61,107 nucleotides of DNA. Origin: an uncultured Prevotella sp. Lineage in GTDB: Bacteria > Bacteroidota > Bacteroidia > Bacteroidales > Bacteroidaceae. The position numbers were made by a program, and so were the translations under genes. This document shows positions 29,725 through 37,468 of this stretch, piece after piece. The notes below the pieces were generated by a model. The model ran no database searches. It was not told the DNA's origin and was given only the letters and a program-made list of their open reading frames with translations. The stretch is taken from assembly GCA_900550635.1 (NCBI GenBank), contig URSZ01000001.1:1-61107 (forward strand). Direction: 5' to 3'. Each line of letters begins with the position of its first letter. The first letter of the stretch is position 1.

Positions 29725-30600
29725 ATGAACAACCCCGCAATGCAGCATACGCCGCCCCTTGCGCCCGCGCTTACGGGGGCGTCGCTCACGGTGGCCGTTG
29801 AAGGCGGCTTGTGCAACCGCATGCGTGCCGCTCTTTCGGCGGCAGGTGTTGCCGCGGCAAGCGGCTGCCCGGTGCGCGTGTCATGGAGCTCGGGCAGCGA
29901 GTGCGGCTGCCGCTTCGACGATGTGTTCGCCTATCCTTTTGAAGGCTGCGCGGGCATTCCCGGCAGTTTGTCGGTGCACCCGCCGCGCCTGTACGACATT
30001 CCCTCCTCGCGCCGCAACCTGCGGCTGCCGTCGCTGCTCAGGCGGTTTGCCTACCGTGCCTGCCGCAGCAACTACCAGGGCGGCGAGGGCGACGACGTGC
30101 TTTCACTGCTTGCCCGTTACGGCAAAGTCTACATCTCCACCTGTTACGAGTTTTTCGAAAGTGCCGTTGAAATGAAAGACCTTTTCCGCCCCTCGCCGCA
30201 TGTGCTGGAAACCGTGCGGCAGCTCTCGGCGGGATTCAACGAAAACACCTTAGGCATACACATACGCACGGGCGACAACGTTATGTCGCGCCTGCACAGC
30301 CCCGCACGCCTGTTCATCGAGAGGGCGCATGCCGAAGTCTCCCGCAACCCGCAGGCACGTTTCTTCCTTGCCACCGACAGCGCCGAAGTCAAGTCGGCAT
30401 TTGCGGGCGAATTCCCCGGCAGGGTAATCACCGCCGACGCACAACTGTCGCGCTCCACCTACGGCGGAATGGTAGCTGCCGCCGTGGATTTGTTCGCACT
30501 GGCGCGCACAACGCGCATACTGGGCAGCTACTACTCGTCGTTCTCGGGCACGGCCGCCGAATTGGGCGGAATACCGCTCGAAACGTTAAAAACACATTGA
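29725..30600 (+). CDS. Putative GT-B fucosyltransferase-like glycosyltransferase (function uncertain)
   Basis: 291 aa. The motifs GGLCNRM, HIRTGDN, LATDS and SSFS resemble the conserved motifs of the O-FucT/NodZ/GT11 superfamily as I recall them. It is very Ala/Gly/Arg-rich. Confidence 0.45.
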   Translation: MNNPAMQHTPPLAPALTGASLTVAVEGGLCNRMRAALSAAGVAAASGCPVRVSWSSGSECGCRFDDVFAYPFEGCAGIPGSLSVHPPRLYDIPSSRRNLRLPSLLRRFAYRACRSNYQGGEGDDVLSLLARYGKVYISTCYEFFESAVEMKDLFRPSPHVLETVRQLSAGFNENTLGIHIRTGDNVMSRLHSPARLFIERAHAEVSRNPQARFFLATDSAEVKSAFAGEFPGRVITADAQLSRSTYGGMVAAAVDLFALARTTRILGSYYSSFSGTAAELGGIPLETLKTH

Positions 30601-30636
30601 ATTTCTGTTTTCACAGTTTTTTCCTCCTTTCCGGGT

Positions 30637-30776
30637 CGTTTTTTGTCTGCCGCCCCGTAAAGGGGGTCAGAGGAAATTAAAATCAGGTCTGAGAAAATTC
30701 AAAATATGTCTGACATATTTCGAAATATGTCAGACATATTTTTGCCCACCCCTAAAAGGGTGTTTTTCAGCGCCCG
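30637..30776. repeat. Mosaic intergenic repeat, copy 8
   Basis: Edge box CGTTTTTTGTCTGCC, three units at about 30679-30743, then TGCCCACCCCTAAAAGGGTG. It lies between convergent genes. Confidence 0.85.
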
Positions 30777-30872
30777 TACGGAGTGCTTTTTTCTTTACCT
30801 TAAAAATGACTTTCCGGCTGTCCGGAATTGTCTTTCGCTGCAATGCACGTGCTGCCGCGACGGACATGTATT

Positions 30873-31649
30873 TTAATACGAGGCCGTGGCCGGGAATCCT
30901 GCTTCGTTTATGCGTTTCACTATGTCGTCGAGCTCCTCGTGCGTGGCCTTGCGCAGCTTTTGGTCGGGCGTCTCGCGGTCTATGGTGTAAATCATCACCA
31001 TCTGCGGCCTTATCTCCTTTATAGCCTCGAGCCAGGGCGTTACGTACTCGTCGCCCGTGTTGGTGAGCGATTCCTCGCCGTCCGTGCCGTGCAGGAACAT
31101 GGTCTGCACTATCACGTGCCCGTTGAAGAGCTTCATGTTTTCGATAATGCGCCTCACGTCGTATACCCCCGTGGGCCTGTTCATGCGTTCTATGTATGCA
31201 GGGTTGGCGGTGTCGAGCTTCAGTATGTTGTTGTCCACCTTCATGAGCGCGTCGCGCACGGCCGGCCGTGTTATCATCGTTGCGTTGCTCAGCACGCTTA
31301 TCTTAGCCTGCGGGAAATACTCGTCGCGCAGCTCTGCAACATCGTCCACTATTCCCGCAAAGTCGGGGTGCGCCGTAGGTTCGCCGTTGCCTGCAAACGT
31401 AAGCACGTCGGGCTTCGGGCCGTCGGCTTTCATGGCGCGCAGCTTTTGCCCGAGGGCGGCCTTCACCTCGGCGCGCGTGGGGCGCGGCAGCCTCGGGCGG
31501 CGCTCGGCGTTGAGCCCGCACTCGCAGTACAGGCAGTCGAACGTGCAGACTTTGCCGTCGGCCGGCATGAGGTTTATTCCTAACGACACGCCTAACCTGC
31601 GGCTGTGTATGGGGCCGAAAATCGGTGCGGGATAGATTACCGTTGACAT
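30873..31649 (-). CDS. Radical SAM protein
   Basis: 258 aa. The CTFDCLYCEC motif (CxxxCxxC) is near the N-terminus. Confidence 0.85.
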   Translation of the reverse strand: MSTVIYPAPIFGPIHSRRLGVSLGINLMPADGKVCTFDCLYCECGLNAERRPRLPRPTRAEVKAALGQKLRAMKADGPKPDVLTFAGNGEPTAHPDFAGIVDDVAELRDEYFPQAKISVLSNATMITRPAVRDALMKVDNNILKLDTANPAYIERMNRPTGVYDVRRIIENMKLFNGHVIVQTMFLHGTDGEESLTNTGDEYVTPWLEAIKEIRPQMVMIYTIDRETPDQKLRKATHEELDDIVKRINEAGFPATASY

Positions 31650-31844
31650 AATACTGTTTTTTACGTTATGTTTTGTGCAGGCAAAGTTACTCGTTTAACG
31701 CTTTGCCGGTACGGATTGCCGTACAAAAAGTAAACATTTGCGTGCCATAAATGCCGAATTAACTATTATTGCGACACACAAGCCCGCACGCCACCCGCTT
31801 TTTGCTATCTTTACAGCCGGTGAACCATAAAAACACGCAATATC

Positions 31845-33506
31845 ATGGAACAAACCATAAACGTATTCTGCAAGAACAACGGCCAGTCGGTCGAAATGCC
31901 CGTGGGAAGCACGGCCATAGAGGCTTACAACGCTTTCGGGCTGGACATGCCCTACGGCGTTACCTGTGCACGGGTGAACAACAAGTCGGAAAGCCTGCAT
32001 TTCCCCCTTTTCAAGGACAGCGACGTGGAGTTTCTCGACGTGTCCGACCCTTCGGGCATGAGAACCTACACGCGCTCGCTTTTCTTCGTGCTCTACAAGG
32101 CCGTTGAGGACCTATTCCCCAAAACAACGGTGCGTATCGACACGCCCGTGTCGAACGGTTACTATTGCCGCCTGCTCATAGGGCGCGATGTCACCCCCGC
32201 CGACGTGGCGCGCCTGCGCAGCCGCATGGAGGAAATCATTGCCGCCGACATGCCGTTCCGCCGCATTGTGTGCCGCACCGACGAGGCCGTGGAACGCTTC
32301 CGCAACCTCGGGCTCGAAAGCAAGGCAAAGCTGCTCAAAAGCGTGGGAACGCTCTACACCACTTACTTCATGCTCGACGGCACGATGGACTACTACTACG
32401 GCTCGCTGCTTCTCTCAACGGGGCAGCTCAAGGTGTTCGGCCTGGAGGAATACCACGACGGCGTGCTGCTGCGCGTGCCCGACCCGTCGTGCCCCGACAG
32501 GCTCCTGCCCATGGTGAAGCAGGAAAAGATGTTCGAAGTGTTCCGCGAACACCACGAGTGGCAGCATATCGTGGGGCTGAACTCGATAGGCGACCTGAAC
32601 GAGGTATGCGTAAACGGACACACAAACATGCTCGTGAACGTTTCCGAAGCACTGCAGGAAAAGAAGATAAGCCGCATTGCCGACATGATTGCAGCCAACC
32701 CCGACATACACGTGGTGCTCATTTCCGGGCCTTCGTCGAGCGGCAAGACCACCTTCAGCAAACGCCTTTCGGTACAACTCATGGCCTGCGGCCTGAAACC
32801 GTACCCCATATCTATCGACGATTACTTCGTAGACCGCGACAAGACACCCAAGCTCCCCGACGGCGAGTACGACTTCGAGTCGCTCTATGCCGTAAACATA
32901 CCTTTGCTCTCGCAACACCTCAACGACCTTATCGCCGGCAGGGAAGTGGAACTGCCGCGCTTCAACTTCCAGACCGGCAAGAGCGAACGCAGCGGGCAAT
33001 ACCTGAAACTCGACCCCAACATGATTCTCATAATGGAAGGCATACACGCCCTGAACCCCGAACTGACGCCGCAAATTCCCGACAGCAGCAAGTTCCGCGT
33101 GTACGTCTCGGCCTTGACATCCATACTGCTCGACGACCACAACTACATACCTACCACCGACAACCGCCTGCTGCGCCGCATTGTGCGCGACTACAAATAC
33201 CGCGGCTACTCCGCGCGCGACACCATAAAACGCTGGCCGAGCGTAAGGGCGGGCGAGGCAAAATGGATTTTCCCCTACCAGGAAAACGCCGACGTGATGT
33301 TCAACTCGGCGCTGCTCTTCGAACTGGCGGCGCTGCGGCCGCAGGCCATGCCGCTGCTTGAACAGGTGGACGAACGCTACGAGGAATATTCCGAGGCATA
33401 CCGCCTGCACAAGTTCCTCTCGTACATCAAACCCATACCCATCGACGGCCTGCCGCCCACGTCGTTGCTGCGCGAATTCCTCGGCGGCAGCACATTCAAC
33501 TACTGA
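31845..33506 (+). CDS. Nucleoside (uridine)-kinase-family P-loop protein with an N-terminal TGS-like / tRNA-synthetase second-additional-like region
   Basis: 553 aa. Walker A ISGPSSSGKTTFSKRL sits in the C-terminal half, and the architecture is common in Bacteroidales. Confidence 0.75.
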   Translation: MEQTINVFCKNNGQSVEMPVGSTAIEAYNAFGLDMPYGVTCARVNNKSESLHFPLFKDSDVEFLDVSDPSGMRTYTRSLFFVLYKAVEDLFPKTTVRIDTPVSNGYYCRLLIGRDVTPADVARLRSRMEEIIAADMPFRRIVCRTDEAVERFRNLGLESKAKLLKSVGTLYTTYFMLDGTMDYYYGSLLLSTGQLKVFGLEEYHDGVLLRVPDPSCPDRLLPMVKQEKMFEVFREHHEWQHIVGLNSIGDLNEVCVNGHTNMLVNVSEALQEKKISRIADMIAANPDIHVVLISGPSSSGKTTFSKRLSVQLMACGLKPYPISIDDYFVDRDKTPKLPDGEYDFESLYAVNIPLLSQHLNDLIAGREVELPRFNFQTGKSERSGQYLKLDPNMILIMEGIHALNPELTPQIPDSSKFRVYVSALTSILLDDHNYIPTTDNRLLRRIVRDYKYRGYSARDTIKRWPSVRAGEAKWIFPYQENADVMFNSALLFELAALRPQAMPLLEQVDERYEEYSEAYRLHKFLSYIKPIPIDGLPPTSLLREFLGGSTFNY

Positions 33507-33533
33507 CGGCACGCCGCACGCGCAACGTGCACC

Positions 33534-33756
33534 GCTCACCGGCAGACAAAAACGGAGCGAAAAACGAAGCGGGAAAACAGCCGCCCGGGGCGCGGAAAAG
33601 TGAAAACTGATTTTCACGCCGTTAAACCCACATGGGAGCAAAGAAAAAATATGTGCCTTGTATTTCGAAATCCGAGCCACTAATTTTAAAAAGCAAGCCA
33701 CTAATTTTTCGCCCCCCGGAAACCCTTTCCGAAACCGCCCCGGAAAGGCCGACAAA
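33534..33756. repeat. Mosaic intergenic repeat, copy 9; left member of the 223-bp direct repeat flanking the R-M cassette
   Basis: Aligned by eye to 36525-36747 (offset 2991). It is identical except for one C/T difference (CCCCGGAAAGG vs CCCTGGAAAGG). The three units are at about 33644-33709. Confidence 0.95.
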
Positions 33757-33876
33757 ATGCAGACACCGCGAACCTTTTGCAGGCAGCCGACGTTTTTATA
33801 AGGATTTGTACGACATGTTTTGCACGAACAGGGTAACTTTACGGCATATTATCATGAAAGCATAAAGCAGTGCATT

Positions 33877-34389
33877 TTGGATATTTGGGATAAGGACAAG
33901 CGTTCCGCCGTAATGGCTAAAATCCACAGCAAGGACACCAAGCCCGAGTTGCTTGTACGCCGTTACTTGTGGCAGCGGGGATACCGTTACCGCAAAAACG
34001 TGCGCGGTTTGCCGGGGACTCCCGACATTGTTTTACGGAAATATGGCGTGGTTATTTTCATCCATGGTTGTTTTTGGCACGGGCACGACGTTGACGGGCA
34101 CATACCGCAGACCAACAGCCTATTCTGGAAAGAAAAAATTGAACGCAACAAATTGCGTGACGAGCGCAACAAGGCGGAACTGAAGCGGTTGGGTTGGGGC
34201 GTGATGACCATTTGGGAATGTCAACTGAAACCTGCCGTGCGCGAACAGACTTTGCTCGAAATGGAATATTGGATTAACCATTCCTATTTGGAACGCCTTA
34301 GGATGAAAACTGGAAAGACGTATGGCGAAACAGCTTGCCGCAGCGTCATGGCCGCCGAGGACGAAACCGTTTACGGCAAGGACGGCTAA
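33877..34389 (+). CDS. vsr: Very-short-patch repair endonuclease
   Basis: DKDKRSAVMAKIHSKDTKPE ... PGTPDIV ... IFIHGCFWHGH ... WGVMTIWECQL is the Vsr pattern. The start is ambiguous: TTG at 33877 best matches the E. coli Vsr N-terminal spacing, and the alternatives are TTG at 33820 or ATG at 33913. Confidence 0.9.
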   Translation: MDIWDKDKRSAVMAKIHSKDTKPELLVRRYLWQRGYRYRKNVRGLPGTPDIVLRKYGVVIFIHGCFWHGHDVDGHIPQTNSLFWKEKIERNKLRDERNKAELKRLGWGVMTIWECQLKPAVREQTLLEMEYWINHSYLERLRMKTGKTYGETACRSVMAAEDETVYGKDG

Positions 34390-34391
34390 CG

Positions 34392-35114
34392 CTACCGGTA
34401 TTTGCCCTCTATCTCCGACCAGCGCGGTATAGACAGTCTTTTTCCATAAAATTTTTGGTATGATTGCAACAAGTCGGCCAGCCACGTGCCGGCTTGGTTG
34501 TGCGTCTTGGGGTTTTGGTACACTGTTTCCTGCATTGCCGAAATGAAATCCTCCAGGCAATCGAAAGGCTTGAACTTGCAAGCCTTTGATGAGAACCAAA
34601 CGGCGGGACGTATCTTGTGTACCACATTGTCCTTGATTTGCAGGTTCAACGGCCATTTTTCCATGCTGCGGCACATGCCCCACAAGTTTTCAAGCCACAA
34701 ACGTTTGATAGTAACATACCCGTCGTCAGACATGTCATATCCAAAAACCAAGTATTTGCAATAAAGCATATAAGGCTTCTCCTTTATTTCAGCTTGGAAG
34801 CTGTTGAAATCAGCAATGTCGAAAGCGGGCGACTTGCTGTTGTTGAACGCCTTAACCTCAAGCAAATCTGCCGTTGTATCTTCGGGGTTCAAATAAAAGT
34901 CGGGCGGCATTTGGCTGTTGGGGTTAGGCTTGTAGTCAATGCCTTTCTTCCGCAGCCAGCCTTCGAGCCATTCCTGCATGATGTTGCCTACTACATCGCG
35001 CTGTTTGACAATAATATCAACATCACCCAAATAAAAGCGTATTTGTCCTTTTACTTCAAGGATTTTATCGTCATCTACTAATTTCCGGTAAAGTTCTTCT
35101 GCTGTTAATTTCAT
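34392..35114 (-). CDS. Type II restriction endonuclease, PD-(D/E)XK-like; specificity unknown
   Basis: 240 aa, immediately downstream of the m5C methyltransferase on the same strand. The candidate catalytic motif is PPDFYL ... DLLEVKAF. The function rests on context plus that motif. Confidence 0.65.
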   Translation of the reverse strand: MKLTAEELYRKLVDDDKILEVKGQIRFYLGDVDIIVKQRDVVGNIMQEWLEGWLRKKGIDYKPNPNSQMPPDFYLNPEDTTADLLEVKAFNNSKSPAFDIADFNSFQAEIKEKPYMLYCKYLVFGYDMSDDGYVTIKRLWLENLWGMCRSMEKWPLNLQIKDNVVHKIRPAVWFSSKACKFKPFDCLEDFISAMQETVYQNPKTHNQAGTWLADLLQSYQKFYGKRLSIPRWSEIEGKYR

Positions 35115-35125
35115 GGTTAGAATTT

Positions 35126-36427
35126 TTATAGGTTCAAATAAACGTCCAACAAGCGGCCGGACACTGCTTTTATTACCGGCACGGCTACCGTGTTGCCCAA
35201 AAGGTCATAACCCTCTTTTACGGGTATATCGAAGACATAATCGTCGGGATAGCCGAAAAGACGGAGACCTTCCGTTAGCGTAAGCGTGCGCAAGCCGCCG
35301 TTATCTGCAACGAACAGTTTCTGCATATCCATGGCCACAAGCGTAGGAGCGACATCGTTTGGCGACAATACCTTGCTTACTTCAAAGCTCAATTTGCCTG
35401 TTACTATGTTATACCCCAAAGGAAGGTTCGGGTCTTGTTCCCTGTAAAATCTCGTCCTGCCGTCAATCAAAGTTTCTTGTACCAATGCTTTGGGGTGTTC
35501 TTTCTTAACATATCCTTTGTGAACAAGGTCTTCTAACATATCTTCCAAATCCGGGCTGCTGTTGAATGTGGATATTTGCTGCAACGTCAGTGGCATACCG
35601 TCCATCCATGCAATGCCGAACTCTTCGGCCCATTTCTTTTTACGTCTCTCTTTCAACAGCTGGTTAAGCAATCTTTTTTGGTTTTCGGTAACTTTACCTT
35701 TAAGACCTATGTCCCAACTGTGGATGTTGTCTTTGCCGCCACGTTTGTCTTTGATTGCCTTGCCGTAAAGTTGTTCTATGGAGTAAGTTTTCAAAAGAGC
35801 ATCAATGAAAGGGCTTTTCACGGTTGGAAGTCCGTGTTCAAGGACGCTTTTTAAACTGCGTTCATATGGTTTGAAACCAGTTAACGAGGGCTTACATTTC
35901 AACGTTCCTGCTATGTAAACCCGCTTACGTTCTTGCGGAAGCCCGAAATAACGTGAATTAAGGCACGCCCATTCGACTTTATACCCCAGATTTTCCAATC
36001 GGTCTAATATAGTTTCCAGTGTGCGGCCTATTTTCTTTGTCTTGTCAATCTTGTCGTGGTTTATTAAACCCTCAACGTTTTCCAATAGGAACGCAGCAGG
36101 CCTTTTTTCCGACAAAATACGTTCTACGTCAAAAAAAAGTGTTCCGCGTGTATCCATGAACCCGAGCCTTTTCCCCGCTGCCGAAAAAGCTTGGCAAGGG
36201 AATCCTGCCAATAAAAAATCAAAATCCGGGATTTCACTTACAGGTATTTTTGTAATGTCGCCATGGATTTCTTCGCCGGGGTGGTTTTGTTTAAGCACTG
36301 CAATTGCTGCCGGTTTGATTTCCGACGTAAAGACACACTCGGCCTTTACGCCGCGTTCAGCCGCCGCCAGTTCCAAACCTTTGCGTATTCCGCCTATGCC
36401 TGCAAACAAATCTATGAACTTTATCAT
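35126..36427 (-). CDS. DNA (cytosine-5)-methyltransferase
   Basis: Motif I FIDLFAGIGG, motif IV GFPCQAFS, motif VI ENVEGL and motif VIII QERKRVYI. The ATG at 36427 is preferred to the track's TTG at 36445. Confidence 0.95.
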   Translation of the reverse strand: MIKFIDLFAGIGGIRKGLELAAAERGVKAECVFTSEIKPAAIAVLKQNHPGEEIHGDITKIPVSEIPDFDFLLAGFPCQAFSAAGKRLGFMDTRGTLFFDVERILSEKRPAAFLLENVEGLINHDKIDKTKKIGRTLETILDRLENLGYKVEWACLNSRYFGLPQERKRVYIAGTLKCKPSLTGFKPYERSLKSVLEHGLPTVKSPFIDALLKTYSIEQLYGKAIKDKRGGKDNIHSWDIGLKGKVTENQKRLLNQLLKERRKKKWAEEFGIAWMDGMPLTLQQISTFNSSPDLEDMLEDLVHKGYVKKEHPKALVQETLIDGRTRFYREQDPNLPLGYNIVTGKLSFEVSKVLSPNDVAPTLVAMDMQKLFVADNGGLRTLTLTEGLRLFGYPDDYVFDIPVKEGYDLLGNTVAVPVIKAVSGRLLDVYLNL

Positions 36428-36524
36428 TTTATGAATCGCTATCAACTCCTTTACGCTTACAAAAATACAACAAAGCTTGCTATTTGGGATTTTCCGCTTG
36501 TAATTTGTTACGGTCTCGTGCTCT

Positions 36525-36747
36525 GCTCACCGGCAGACAAAAACGGAGCGAAAAACGAAGCGGGAAAACAGCCGCCCGGGGCGCGGAAAAGTGAAAACTG
36601 ATTTTCACGCCGTTAAACCCACATGGGAGCAAAGAAAAAATATGTGCCTTGTATTTCGAAATCCGAGCCACTAATTTTAAAAAGCAAGCCACTAATTTTT
36701 CGCCCCCCGGAAACCCTTTCCGAAACCGCCCTGGAAAGGCCGACAAA
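36525..36747. repeat. Mosaic intergenic repeat, copy 10; right member of the 223-bp direct repeat flanking the R-M cassette
   Basis: See copy 9. The three units are at about 36635-36700. Confidence 0.95.
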
Positions 36748-36975
36748 CGCGGACACCATTTTACGCTGCTGCAAAACAGGTGAAGAATCATTCGCTTTCT
36801 GCCGCGGCCTGCGAAAAATTATTTGCAAATTCACGGCCCGGCGTTCGGCATTATTCCGCGGAAATCCATATTTTTGTAAAATATGTTTAACTCCTTACGC
36901 TTTCCCGCTCCTCAGCGACGGGAAGCGGGCCTATTTCTGTTGCCACGATATAAAGGACTTTAAAAAGAACATGCC

Positions 36976-37464
36976 ATGAAAAGGAAATTCTTGTTCACAC
37001 TGCTGCTCCTTGCGGCCGCATTCTGCAGCCCTGCCCGGGCCATGGACGTGTACGTGTACATAAACGGGAGCTACGTACCCGTAAACGTTTCCGAAAACAT
37101 CTACAAGATTGTCTTCGAAGATGAATACACACATTTCATCACAGCCTCGGGCGAGACGGCCACGTTAAGGAACGAAGCCTTCTCGTTCCTCACTTTCCGC
37201 AAGCTGGAAACGCCCGTAGGCATAAACGCCGCAAAGGCCGAAGCCGTCACCATAACCTATGAAAACGAAGGCATACGCGTGAAAAGCGCAAGCGTGCCGG
37301 CCAACGTAAGGATTATCGACACGGCCGGGAACGTAATGGCCGACATAACGCCCCGCAACGCCGACATGTTCTTCTCGCTGTGCGGAATGCCGGCCGGAGT
37401 GTATATTGTAACAGCCGGCGACGGGAAAAACGTAACCGTAAAGAAAATAACGAAAAACAAGTAA
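36976..37464 (+). CDS. Small secreted protein with a T9SS C-terminal sorting domain
   Basis: Signal peptide MKRKFLFTLLLLAAAFCSPARA and the C-terminus VRIIDTAGNVMADI...GVYIVTAGDGKNVTVKKITK. Confidence 0.65.
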   Translation: MKRKFLFTLLLLAAAFCSPARAMDVYVYINGSYVPVNVSENIYKIVFEDEYTHFITASGETATLRNEAFSFLTFRKLETPVGINAAKAEAVTITYENEGIRVKSASVPANVRIIDTAGNVMADITPRNADMFFSLCGMPAGVYIVTAGDGKNVTVKKITKNK

Positions 37465-37468
37465 ACCC

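Noticed and set aside
32415-33755. 446-aa minus-strand ORF whose N-terminus is identical to that of ORF 36480-36791
   Set aside because: The shared peptide (SAFPGRFRKGFPGGEKLVACFLK...) is only the translation of the duplicated 223-bp repeat. The rest is antisense to the nucleoside-kinase gene.
33632-33865. Short ORFs reading through repeat copies (MGAKKKYVPCISKSEPLILKSKP..., also 36623-36979, 39834-40073 and 47762-47989)
   Set aside because: Their reading frames are not conserved between copies of the element (indels and unit shuffling), and they have no start context. I treat the elements as non-coding.
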